Part shown: piece after piece, positions 43,625-53,310 of the stretch
How the letters are laid out: each line of letters opens with the position of its first letter
How positions within the stretch are numbered: the stretch's first letter is position 1
DNA from: Nitrospirales bacterium
GTDB taxonomy: Bacteria; Nitrospirota; Nitrospiria; Nitrospirales; UBA8639
Length of the DNA stretch: 64,000 nucleotides
Direction: 5' to 3'
Assembly: GCA_963422365.1 (NCBI GenBank)
Contig: OY729426.1
Span: 608,001 to 672,000, forward strand
Made by a program: the position numbers and the translations under genes
Notes under the pieces: model-generated
What the model was told of the DNA's origin: nothing
Database searches by the model: none
The model's input: only the letters and a program-made list of their open reading frames with translations

Positions 43625-44908
43625 TTACAGCCGCCGAAACACATTGCGAGCAGCATTGATGGTCTGTTCAAGATCTGCCGCCGTGTGCGCGGTGGAGACG
43701 AAGGCGGCTTCGAATTGGGAGGGGGCGAAGTAGGACCCGCGCTTCAACATGTTGTGGAAGAATTTGGCATATCGAACCGTATCGGCTTGTTTCGCCGACT
43801 CATAGTCCACCACAGGGCCTGCCGTAAAGAATCCGCCCAAGAGGGAGCCGATTCGCGTTTGATAAAAAGGGATGTCGGCCAGCCGGGCGGCTTGTGCCAA
43901 GCCTTGGGCCAACTGGTTTCCTCGCCGTTCCAGTTTTTCATACACTCTGGAGCCCCTGAGTTTTTTCAAGGTTTCGATTCCAGCGGTCACGGCCAACGGA
44001 TTCCCGGACAGCGTGCCGGCTTGATAGACCGGGCCGGCCGGCGCTACAAGATCCATGATCTCGTTCGACCCGCCGTAGGCTCCGACCGGCAGCCCCCCAC
44101 CGATGATTTTCCCCAGGCACGTGAGATCGGGGTTGATGCCATACAGGGTTTGTGCGCCTCCATAGGCCACGCGAAATCCTGAAATCACTTCATCGAAGAT
44201 CAGCAGGATCCCATGTTTTCTGGTAAGGGTGTACAGTTGCTGAAGAAAGCCTGGTTGAGGCAACACGACGCCCATGTTGCCTGCGATGGGCTCGACGATG
44301 ATACAGGCCAGTTTCCGCCAATGTTTCCGTACCAGGCTCTTCACCGACTCGATATCATTATAGGGAGCGGTGAGCGTCTGACTCGCCGCGGCTTCGGGTA
44401 CGCCCGGGCTATCGGGAAGGCCTAGCGTCGCGGCACCGGACCCGGCTTTGACCAGCAGATGATCGGCATGGCCATGGTAGCACCCTTCGAATTTGAGGAT
44501 GGCCTCCCGTTTGGTAAAGCCCCGCGCCACCCGAACGGCACTCATCACGGCTTCCGTGCCGGAGCTCACAAGCCGAACCTTTTCAACGGATGGCAACGCC
44601 TCGCAAATCATTTGAGCCAACGTCAGTTCCTGTTGGGTCGGCGCGCCGTAACTGGTCCCTGCACCGGCAGCCCGCTGAATAGCCCGGACCACCGACGGAT
44701 GGGCATGTCCCACTATCATGGGCCCCCACGAGGCCACATAATCCAGATAGGTGTTGCCATCCACGTCGGTCACCGTGGCACCCTGTGCACGTTTGATAAA
44801 CAACGGATGCCCGCCGACCGATTGAAACGCACGGACCGGGCTGTTCACCCCTCCGGGAATATACCCCTGTGCGCGGGCAAATAATGTTTTCGACGTCGCG
44901 CTTTTCAC
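43625..44908 (-). CDS. hemL: Glutamate-1-semialdehyde 2,1-aminomutase
   Basis: PGGVNSPVRAF, SGTEA, GKIIGGG and APSQFE motifs. Confidence 0.97.
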   Translation of the reverse strand: MKSATSKTLFARAQGYIPGGVNSPVRAFQSVGGHPLFIKRAQGATVTDVDGNTYLDYVASWGPMIVGHAHPSVVRAIQRAAGAGTSYGAPTQQELTLAQMICEALPSVEKVRLVSSGTEAVMSAVRVARGFTKREAILKFEGCYHGHADHLLVKAGSGAATLGLPDSPGVPEAAASQTLTAPYNDIESVKSLVRKHWRKLACIIVEPIAGNMGVVLPQPGFLQQLYTLTRKHGILLIFDEVISGFRVAYGGAQTLYGINPDLTCLGKIIGGGLPVGAYGGSNEIMDLVAPAGPVYQAGTLSGNPLAVTAGIETLKKLRGSRVYEKLERRGNQLAQGLAQAARLADIPFYQTRIGSLLGGFFTAGPVVDYESAKQADTVRYAKFFHNMLKRGSYFAPSQFEAAFVSTAHTAADLEQTINAARNVFRRL

Positions 44909-44944
44909 TTCGCGTCACCTCCCATGGAATCGCTTCATACCACC

Positions 44945-45160
44945 CTAATCAGGATCGCTGAAGCGCTGTCCTTCCTCACCCGACCAGCGCACGATGCCGA
45001 TCTCTTCTGATTCCCACAAGGCTTGTTGTTCTCGTACAGCCAAGTCGGCCTCTTTCTGTTTGTCTTCCAAGCTAAGTTTTGCCTCCTGTTCACCATCAGA
45101 GGCCCATCCTGGCGGTTTCTGACCTTTGGGGATATCTTTCCGAAGCATATTGACTGGCAT
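44945..45160 (-). CDS. Small hypothetical protein
   Basis: Short ORF co-oriented between trmH-like gene and hemL. Confidence 0.35.
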   Translation of the reverse strand: MPVNMLRKDIPKGQKPPGWASDGEQEAKLSLEDKQKEADLAVREQQALWESEEIGIVRWSGEEGQRFSDPD

Positions 45161-45236
45161 CTGATCCTTCCTTTCCATCAACCATGTTTTTGGCCACCCT
45201 GTTTTGGGCTCCCACGCCTCTGGCCAAGCCATAGGC

Positions 45237-46022
45237 CTAGCCTCGGAGACCACGGTTTGTCAAGGGGTACTGAACGCGATAGGCATAGAGCGCCATACCC
45301 ACAGCAACGACGGCATTGAGGGATTCGACCGATTCCGTCATGGGGATGGCGAGCCGTTTGCCGGAAGAGATGAGTGGCAGACCAAGCCCTTCTTCTCCAA
45401 CTAATATTCGAACATCTTCCGGCCATTGAAACGTGGACACACTCTCCCCCTGCACATCAAGGGTCACCCATGTGGCAGGTTCCAGCAGATCCCTGATCGA
45501 AGGTCCCTGAACCAAGGGCACTTCAAACATCGTTCCGCTGGCTGCCCTGATAGCCTTGGGATGATAGGGATGGGCCGATTCTTTGAGCAGCACGACTTGC
45601 TTGACCCCCATAGCCCCGGCAGTCCGAATCAAGGCACCCACATTTGCCGGATCTCCGAAAGGGCACAGTACTTCAAGGCCCCGTGGTGAAGCCTTGAGGT
45701 CTGAAGAAGGAAAGGGCGGAGCCTGACAGATTAAGATCGGAGCCCCTGTGCCAAAAAGATCGATCTTCTCGAAGAGCGGTGTGGCAAGTGCATAGGTTTT
45801 GACCTGGGCCGGAACAGGGAAAAGCACGGGTGTCTTGGCGGGGCGAAGGAGTTCGAGACAATGCATAGGGTGCTGCAACAGGGTTTCCCGAACGACTTTT
45901 TTCCCTAAGACAAGACATTGCTGAAATCGTTCAATCCCGTGAGAATCCTGTAACGAAACCCATCGCTTCACATGGGCATTCTGCGAACTGCTGATGGATC
46001 GAGTCGTTGAAGGTGACGACAT
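45237..46022 (-). CDS. TrmH/SpoU family RNA methyltransferase
   Basis: DPANVGALIRTA, GEEG and ESLNA motifs. Confidence 0.88.
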   Translation of the reverse strand: MSSPSTTRSISSSQNAHVKRWVSLQDSHGIERFQQCLVLGKKVVRETLLQHPMHCLELLRPAKTPVLFPVPAQVKTYALATPLFEKIDLFGTGAPILICQAPPFPSSDLKASPRGLEVLCPFGDPANVGALIRTAGAMGVKQVVLLKESAHPYHPKAIRAASGTMFEVPLVQGPSIRDLLEPATWVTLDVQGESVSTFQWPEDVRILVGEEGLGLPLISSGKRLAIPMTESVESLNAVVAVGMALYAYRVQYPLTNRGLRG

Positions 46023-46321
46023 GACTGGAAGGTCACGTGTGGCTGCCGATGCCCGGGCAACAGTTCGTCCCGGCCTACCCCGTGAAGGTGCCATTATGGG
46101 CAAACAACGTGCCGGAACCCGCTGAGCGACCAGCCCGAATATGAATATCCGGATGAAACGTCATAGACGCGCGTTGATTGATGGCGCGGCAGCAACAGAC
46201 AAAAACGTAACAGAGTTTTTCTTGAAGCGGCATGTCGTGCGACCGAGAACGTTCTTATTGGAGCGGTGTCACAAGAGAAGACGTGACTCTTCTTGTTGCT
46301 CAGCCACTCTCTCCTTCGTCA

Positions 46322-47446
46322 TCACAATGCAAAGAATTTTTTCCTTTTCCCTTGGAGTCTCACGTCGTCGGTTTGTATCACGACTTCCCAGTCCTCAGAA
46401 TCCCGTTCGGTCACATGCCCAATCCGCTTGGCCTTTTTGCCAAACCTCTTGGCCAGCTCAAGCGTCTTGTCCGCGTGACGTTCCGGGACCACCAGACAGA
46501 AACCGATTCCCATATTAAATACCTCGAACATTTCCGTATCGGCAATTCCGCCAAGTTGTTGAATGATGGAGAAGATCGGAAGAGGCGAGGGGAAGTCATC
46601 GATCACAAACGTGAACAGGGAGTGGCAGTCGACCCGGCTCAGATTCATGAACCCGTCGCCTGTAATGTGCACCAGCGCCTTGACCTCAATGTCGTGTTGC
46701 TCGTTGAGGAGAGGCAGGATTTCCTGTGTGTAGATATGTGTTGGTTCGAGTAATTCTTCACCCAAGGACCGATCGAGTTCGGGAAATTGTTTTTCATACA
46801 AGGCTCCGTCCTGTCCAATCGCTTTTCGTGCCAAGGTGAGGCCGTTACTGTGAACCCCATTACTTTCAATGCCAATAATGACGTCGCCTTTTTGGACATG
46901 TTCCCCAATGATGATCTTGTCCAAATCCACAATGCCGATGGCCGATCCCGCCAAATCGAATCCTTTTCCCTCTTTGTCCACTTCACTCTTAATGACATCC
47001 TTGACTTGCGCGATTTCCCCGCCGGGGATGGATATGCCGGCACGAAGGGCACCTTCCGTCAACCCCTTTGCCAGTTCCTGTAAACAGCCCGGATCAAGAG
47101 CCTGCACCGCAATATAATCCACCATGGTCAGAGGGGTCGCCCCGACGCAGAGCAGATCGTTGACGTTCATGGCGATACAATCAATGCCGATGGTGTCGTA
47201 TTTCCCCATTCGTTGGGCAATCAAGACCTTGGAACCCACGCCATCCGTGGTTATGGCGATGCCCGTATTGTTGCCGATTTCAATCACGTTGGCGAACAAC
47301 CCAAAATTCAGAAGAACGCTGCCGATGTGTCCGTTGGATCGTGTCCACGTTTGCCGGAACTGCTTCGTAATCTCGGCAAGGGATTGGACGGCTCGTTCAG
47401 GATCGACCCCGGACCCCTGATAGGTAATGGCAGGTGAATCGATCAT
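46322..47446 (-). CDS. purM: Phosphoribosylformylglycinamidine cyclo-ligase (AIR synthase)
   Basis: TDGVGSK, AMNVND, SNGVHSNG, HITGDG and FNMGIG motifs. Confidence 0.92.
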   Translation of the reverse strand: MIDSPAITYQGSGVDPERAVQSLAEITKQFRQTWTRSNGHIGSVLLNFGLFANVIEIGNNTGIAITTDGVGSKVLIAQRMGKYDTIGIDCIAMNVNDLLCVGATPLTMVDYIAVQALDPGCLQELAKGLTEGALRAGISIPGGEIAQVKDVIKSEVDKEGKGFDLAGSAIGIVDLDKIIIGEHVQKGDVIIGIESNGVHSNGLTLARKAIGQDGALYEKQFPELDRSLGEELLEPTHIYTQEILPLLNEQHDIEVKALVHITGDGFMNLSRVDCHSLFTFVIDDFPSPLPIFSIIQQLGGIADTEMFEVFNMGIGFCLVVPERHADKTLELAKRFGKKAKRIGHVTERDSEDWEVVIQTDDVRLQGKRKKFFAL

Positions 47447-47584
47447 TAGAGGGGAACTCGAAAAGATGTATTTTTACCTGACGGATGCTCTTGAGATCAA
47501 GCCTGCCGCATCTTGTGCGGCCAACAAAGAGATGCCTAATCTACAGCGTCATACGCTGTCCGGAAAACACGCACCATAAAGATG

Positions 47585-47614
47585 CCTGTCTGCCCTATCT
47601 GTCAGACAGGCAGG
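47585..47614. repeat. CCTGTCTG...CAGGCAGG palindromic repeat
   Basis: Hairpin; related copies at 49083-49103 and 36444-36464. Confidence 0.65.
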
Positions 47615-47973
47615 GCGCGAAAAGGGCACTGCCTCATTCACACTGAGCAAGATTATGATGAAACTGCTGCCTAGGCAGCCGATTGAAGCTGCTATAACAC
47701 AAATATGACCACGTCTGGTATCTCATGGCAATTCGACTTTTTTGCTCGGTACTGCCACTCATCATTGGGTTTCCAGTCGAGTCATTCTGCGAGATTTCGC
47801 AGCCAGCCAACTCAGTTTTGCACCGCAAGCATCGAATAGCTAACATTTGAAACCATGACTGAGAATGGATTAGATTGAATATCCTTTAATGTGACGGCTT
47901 TGGTTCCAGGGAAGTCCTCTGTGTTCACACTTCGCTAAAAGATGATCCCCTCTTATTGGTAAGGGACGGAACC

Positions 47974-48882
47974 ATGCAAAGCGATTATCTCGCACTGAAA
48001 GACCACTATAATTTTTCCAAAGATGAGGAAGCTCTTCTTCTGCAAATGAAACCCTACCTGGAATCGCTTGCAAATGAGTTCATTGAGGGGTTTTACCCAT
48101 TTATCTGGAATTTTGGAAAAACAGCAGACTTCCTGAAGGACGAAAGTATTATCACTCGGCACCGAGGAAAGCTGCTCGAATGGTACTCGGATCTATTCAG
48201 CGGAACGTACGATATTGCCTATTTCTCGAAGCTCTATAAAATTGGTGAAATCCACGTCAAACTAGGACTTCCCACTCATTATGTGAATGCGGCGTTTAAT
48301 TTTGTTCGTGTTTTTACGTTAGATCACCTCCGGAAACAATATCGGTGGGAAGACGATCTCACCGCGAGACTTCAGGCTGTAGAAAAAATTCTCGATATCA
48401 ACTTGGATGTATTAACAAGCTCTTATAGGGAAGAAGAGCTGAGCCGATTTTTATCTCTCTCGAGTGCTGAAAAAACATTACTGGGTTTTCTTAAAAAAAC
48501 CAGCGCCTACTTTAACTATTTGCTGGCCGGTGCACTCGTGATGGTGGCATGTTTTGCTATCGGGTTATTCGGATATGATGTCTATCTCCTGTTCTCTAGC
48601 CAGACTCCCATAGAGCAAGGCATTTTAACGATACTTGGCAGTCTATTACTCCTATGGGCTGCCATCGAGCTCATTCATGAAGAAACGAAAAACCTTCAAG
48701 GTGGCAGTTTTGCCTTAGAAGCCTTTATCGCACTCGCCATCGCTGCACTCATTCGAAAAATACTGATTTTTTCTCTTTCCCCAAACAAAGCGATGGATGT
48801 GTTGTTATATGGTGTTTTGGTGCTTTGCCTGGGTCTTTCCTTTTGGTTGATTGTGCAAAAAATTAATCCGACGAAAAATTAG
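47974..48882 (+). CDS. Protoglobin/globin-sensor domain fused to a PsiE-like membrane domain
   Basis: FY...IGEIHVKLGLP globin signature; C-terminal hydrophobic helices with IAALIRKIL. Confidence 0.8.
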   Translation: MQSDYLALKDHYNFSKDEEALLLQMKPYLESLANEFIEGFYPFIWNFGKTADFLKDESIITRHRGKLLEWYSDLFSGTYDIAYFSKLYKIGEIHVKLGLPTHYVNAAFNFVRVFTLDHLRKQYRWEDDLTARLQAVEKILDINLDVLTSSYREEELSRFLSLSSAEKTLLGFLKKTSAYFNYLLAGALVMVACFAIGLFGYDVYLLFSSQTPIEQGILTILGSLLLLWAAIELIHEETKNLQGGSFALEAFIALAIAALIRKILIFSLSPNKAMDVLLYGVLVLCLGLSFWLIVQKINPTKN

Positions 48883-49082
48883 GGGGCAAAGTGGGTACGA
48901 CGCGCCTCATAAACTGCTTCGGGTCACTGCAAGACGTGAAGAAGCGAGGAAGTATCATTGAATCTGAGTAACGAAACCGAAGAGGGAACCCCTAAGAGAA
49001 CAAATCCTCTCAACATCGATGCAGCATCCCGGGGCAAGGCCAGGACCTACCTTATGCGGCAGGGAAGACGGCGGCATAGCTG

Positions 49083-49103
49083 CCTGTCTGCCCGACAGGC
49101 AGG
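49083..49103. repeat. CCTGTCTG...CAGGCAGG palindromic repeat just 3' of tRNA-Gln
   Basis: cctgtctg-cccga-caggcagg. Confidence 0.65.
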
Positions 49104-49118
49104 GCGGGCCCCAGAGAA

Positions 49119-49192
49119 TGGCTGGGGGACCAGGAATCGAACCTGGGTTCACAGATCCAAAATCTGTTGTCTTGCCCCTAGACGATCCCCCA
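49119..49192 (-). tRNA. tRNA-Gln(TTG)
   Basis: rc TGGGGGATCGTCTAGGGGCAAGAC-ACAGA TTTTGGA TCTGT-...GGTTCGATTCC...CCCCAGCCA. Confidence 0.95.
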
Positions 49193-49258
49193 AACCAGGA
49201 AATCACCTTACCGAGCCTGTCCTCATTCAGTCAAGACCTTTGACGGGTCGTTGGGCCG

Positions 49259-49918
49259 CTAAAACACGCGACCGGACACGAGCCAATGCCGATCGTCCGG
49301 CACGTCAATCAGCAGGCGACTAAAATTCATTTCCGCCAAGTGGGCCGCGACTTCGTCTTCGGTGAAGGCGCTCAATAAAGAATGATAAAAATCGTGTCGC
49401 AGTTGTTCGGGCTCATCAGCCGCGTATTGATTGACCAAGGCCTGAGCCTCCTCCGGTGTGTCGGGTCGCAACAAATCCATGACGAGCACCGGAGCTCCCG
49501 GCTTGGCGCAGGTTTTCACCGCATACCAAAACTGAAAAGCGTTGGGCACATGATGCACCAGGCTATTGGAGATCACGGCATCCACCGTCCGGTCCAACCT
49601 GAGATCTTGGAATCGCTGACAGATGAGCCGGATTCGTCCTTGCAGTCCTGCCTGTTGCCTGGCTTCTTCAGCCCACTGAATCATTGGGCTGGAGGCATCC
49701 ACCCCAGTGACGTGCAGGGTTGGACGACTGCGGAGCAGCCGGATCGGAATATCTGCCGGACCACATCCCAAATCCAATACGGTGCCCTCCTCGACTTCGG
49801 GGTACAAGTTTAAAAATTGATCGACAAACCTCTGATTTTCTTCCGCGAAATCGGCATTCGCATACACCCTGACCTGCTCTTCACCATCCATGATTTCCGG
49901 TTCAAGAATCCGGTCCAC
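49259..49918 (-). CDS. Class I SAM-dependent methyltransferase
   Basis: VLDLGCGPADI, GVDAS and SNSLVHH motifs. Confidence 0.88.
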   Translation of the reverse strand: MDRILEPEIMDGEEQVRVYANADFAEENQRFVDQFLNLYPEVEEGTVLDLGCGPADIPIRLLRSRPTLHVTGVDASSPMIQWAEEARQQAGLQGRIRLICQRFQDLRLDRTVDAVISNSLVHHVPNAFQFWYAVKTCAKPGAPVLVMDLLRPDTPEEAQALVNQYAADEPEQLRHDFYHSLLSAFTEDEVAAHLAEMNFSRLLIDVPDDRHWLVSGRVF

Positions 49919-50085
49919 GTCTCCGTTTCCTTTCCACGGCCCTCTGTATCTGCCGACACTCGCCGCGTCATCGTACCTGCCCCTTTAGTGGGATTCAAGG
50001 TGGGTGGTGTCGAGGACAAATTCCTCTTGCACCATTTTCAGGTTCTGGATAAGGTCTGAGAAAGGATACAGTTTAAGGAACCCGT

Positions 50086-50919
50086 ATGGCCACGTATGCA
50101 ATCGGCGATATTCAGGGGTGCCTGCTCCCCCTCCAAAAACTGTTGGATCTCATTCGATTCGATCCGTCCTCGGATCGGCTGTGGTTTGTCGGCGATTTAG
50201 TCAACCGCGGCCCCCAGTCATTGGAAGTGTTGCGCTTCATTAAAAGTCTCGAAGATCGTTGTGTGGTCGTACTCGGCAACCATGATTTGCATGTCTTGGC
50301 CGTCCATTGCGGAGTCGCACAACTCCGTAAACAGGATACGATTCAATCGGTCCTGCAGGCGCCTGATGCAGAGGAATTGATGGACTGGCTCCGCCATCAA
50401 TCCATGCTCTATCGCGAAGGTGAATATCTGCTGGTCCACGCCGGCATCCTTCCCCAATGGTCTGTTGAACAGGCCTTGGAATTGGCCGGAGAAGTGGAAG
50501 ACGCTCTCAGATCTGAACAGTATCAAACGCGCTTACCGTTCATCTACCGAAGTCAGGAGACCCGTTGGCGCAACACCATGCCGTCCCCGGCTCGCCTCGG
50601 CCTTATCACAAATGTCTTGACCAGAATGCGGATGTGCTCACAAGACGACCTCATCGACCTTTCGTTTAAAGGCCCGCCGGAGCAGGCCGCCGCTGGCCTT
50701 TCCCCATGGTTTCATTTCCCCCCCCACATCCAACGAACCGAAACGGTGATTTGTGGGCATTGGTCGGCCTTAGGGGTGTGCATAAGCGAACGGATTCTTG
50801 CGTTGGACGGCGGATGTGTCTGGGGAAACAAGTTAGCCTGTCTTCGACTGGAAGACAGGAAACTGTATACGGTTTCTTGCAAAGCCTCACTCCGGATTCA
50901 TAGGAAAAATTTTCAATGA
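50086..50919 (+). CDS. apaH: Symmetrical bis(5'-nucleosyl)-tetraphosphatase
   Basis: IGDIQGC, GDLVNRGP, LGNHD and GHWSALG motifs. Confidence 0.95.
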   Translation: MATYAIGDIQGCLLPLQKLLDLIRFDPSSDRLWFVGDLVNRGPQSLEVLRFIKSLEDRCVVVLGNHDLHVLAVHCGVAQLRKQDTIQSVLQAPDAEELMDWLRHQSMLYREGEYLLVHAGILPQWSVEQALELAGEVEDALRSEQYQTRLPFIYRSQETRWRNTMPSPARLGLITNVLTRMRMCSQDDLIDLSFKGPPEQAAAGLSPWFHFPPHIQRTETVICGHWSALGVCISERILALDGGCVWGNKLACLRLEDRKLYTVSCKASLRIHRKNFQ

Positions 50920-51004
50920 GTCACGAGCCCCACGGTGGAGGAGCAAGACAGCCGGTTCCCTCTGACGTGCTCGTGATGGTTCCTCGGTCTTCTTCGCACG
51001 CGAG

Positions 51005-53296
51005 ATGACGCTGCTTCCGAAAACGCAGTCCATTCTTGACCGACCCTTCATGGAATTTCGTCCGTTTGGCGTCACCCCTGAAGGGGAAAAAATTCGCGAT
51101 GTGAGCGGGATTACGGTCAAGGCAAATCTTGAATATCTGGAGGAAGTGGTCGGCAAGAACAAAGGGCAAGACGCGGCCCGTGACGCGATTGCACGCCTCT
51201 GCGACTCGCTCAATTCTCGGATACCCGATCCCGCGTATCACGTGACCCCCAGGTTTTTACACAATGCCTGGAATAGTTACTCCTATGAATTTGCGTGTTA
51301 CCTCGGCGAGTTCTGCATCCGTATTTCCGAGGAACCGCACTTTCAATTCGAAATGGGGAAGAAGAAATTCATTTCTCCCATTATTCAAACCCTGGGACAT
51401 CCGTTTTCCGTTTCACAAATCTTCAAAATGTTTCCGCACTTCGGAGAAAAGTTTGCCAAAGGGTCCGTCCACTTCAGTGTGCCGTTCGTAACCAATGGCT
51501 CGGCCGTGCTTCGCATGAAATTTACCGACCACGTCTATCTGCAATTCGGCTCCTACCGCAAACGGTGCGCCTACATCATCTGCCAGGCGGCAAAAGCCGG
51601 CCTCCTGGCCGTGCCTCAACACGTTCACCGCCTAGGATTTGCCAGTGTCCGTGACCGCCAATGCATTGCGGATGGGGATGAGTACTGTGAATGGGAATTC
51701 CATTGGCCCGCCCAGCCTCTCTCTGAACACCTTGCATGGTCCCTGATCGGGGTGTTCGTGAGTGGCCTAGCCTTCGTCTATGTCCGATGGTCGCATCCGG
51801 ATTTGTCTTGGTTGGAGGCAAGCGTAGGGGCCCTCATCCCGGGCATGGGCACTTGGTTTGCCGGTCAGTGGTCTCGTCTCAAGAAAAAGGCGGAAGAACG
51901 AGAAGTCTTGCTCAAAGAACAAGTGGCTTTTGTCAATACCCACCACGAGGAACTTCGAGAAGCCTATCTTGAACAAGAACGCACGGCCGTGGACCTCCGT
52001 CATAAAGTGAGTCAACTTATGACCCTCTACCAAACGGGGTTATTGTTCAGTTCGGTGCTCGACCGCGAAGCCCTGCTGGAGAAAGTGCTGCACACGATTA
52101 TGAGCGAGCTCAAATACGAGCGCGTTATGATTGCGTTTTTTGATCGCGACCGCCACGTGTCGCATGATGTCCGGCTTCTCGGTGCGCCTCCCGATGTGAT
52201 CCACTATGCGCGGACCTCGGAAACACCCGTCACGGATCCAGCCAGCCTCGAAGGCGAAGTGTTGCTGCAAGGCCGACCCGTGTTAATCAGCGATCTCCAA
52301 CAGGAATGGGACCGGCTTCATCCGTTCACTAGGCAATTGGTTGAACGGACTCACGTGAAATCGTTTATTTCGGTCCCCCTCAAGTCCCAAGGGACGGTAT
52401 TCGGCTCTCTGACCGTCAATCACTCCCAGGAACATGCGTTGACCCATGATGATGTGCAAGTCATGGTGACGGTGGCGAATCAAGTCGCCATTGCCTTGGA
52501 CAACGCCGAAGCGTACCACCAGATCGAAGCGCTGAACGTGGGCTTGGAGAACCGGATCCAAGAACGAACGAGTTCTCTTCAGGCGGCCAATGAAAAACTT
52601 CGTGAACTCGATCAACTCAAATCCGTCTTTGTCTCCATTGTGTCTCATGAATTGCGTACCCCCTTAACCGCCGTGAAAGGGCTCGTGGAAAACATGCTGG
52701 ATGGATTCACCGGGGAATTACGTGAACGACAGCTCTTTTATCTTACGCGGGTCAAACATAATGTTGAACGGTTAACCCGAATGCTGAACGACCTGCTGGA
52801 CCTGTCCCGTATCGAGGCCGGCCACATGGAATTACGACTGACTGATGTGTCGCTGACCGAATTGACGACAGAGGCCCTTGATAATTTACGCCCTCAGGCA
52901 GAAGAGAAATCCCTCATGCCGCAGATCATGGCTCCTTCGCAGATTGCTCCGGTACGAGGAGACCGAGACAAAATTCTTCAGATTTTGACGAATCTCATTC
53001 ACAACGCCATAAAATTTACGCCTTCATCCGGACACGTTTCGATTTCGCTCACGCCACTGGACCATCACGCAATCCAAGTGTGCGTCGCCGACACAGGTTG
53101 TGGCATTGCTTCCGAAGAGGTGCCTAATGTGTTTGATCGCTTTTATCGGAGCTACAGTGGGCCGACAGAGTCACGGGGGGCAGGGTTAGGATTGGCGATT
53201 ACAAAAAGTCTGGTGGAACTGCATCAAGGACGAATCTGGGTGGAAAGCACAGTGGGCAGTGGGAGCCGATTCTATTGTACGCTCCCAACCCGTTGA
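51005..53296 (+). CDS. Membrane sensor histidine kinase (V4R-like N-terminus, GAF, HisKA, HATPase)
   Basis: CIADGDEYCEW; SHELRTPL; NAIKFT; DTGCGI; GAGLGL. Confidence 0.92.
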   Translation: MTLLPKTQSILDRPFMEFRPFGVTPEGEKIRDVSGITVKANLEYLEEVVGKNKGQDAARDAIARLCDSLNSRIPDPAYHVTPRFLHNAWNSYSYEFACYLGEFCIRISEEPHFQFEMGKKKFISPIIQTLGHPFSVSQIFKMFPHFGEKFAKGSVHFSVPFVTNGSAVLRMKFTDHVYLQFGSYRKRCAYIICQAAKAGLLAVPQHVHRLGFASVRDRQCIADGDEYCEWEFHWPAQPLSEHLAWSLIGVFVSGLAFVYVRWSHPDLSWLEASVGALIPGMGTWFAGQWSRLKKKAEEREVLLKEQVAFVNTHHEELREAYLEQERTAVDLRHKVSQLMTLYQTGLLFSSVLDREALLEKVLHTIMSELKYERVMIAFFDRDRHVSHDVRLLGAPPDVIHYARTSETPVTDPASLEGEVLLQGRPVLISDLQQEWDRLHPFTRQLVERTHVKSFISVPLKSQGTVFGSLTVNHSQEHALTHDDVQVMVTVANQVAIALDNAEAYHQIEALNVGLENRIQERTSSLQAANEKLRELDQLKSVFVSIVSHELRTPLTAVKGLVENMLDGFTGELRERQLFYLTRVKHNVERLTRMLNDLLDLSRIEAGHMELRLTDVSLTELTTEALDNLRPQAEEKSLMPQIMAPSQIAPVRGDRDKILQILTNLIHNAIKFTPSSGHVSISLTPLDHHAIQVCVADTGCGIASEEVPNVFDRFYRSYSGPTESRGAGLGLAITKSLVELHQGRIWVESTVGSGSRFYCTLPTR

Positions 53297-53310
53297 ATCA
53301 GGACGCGGCG

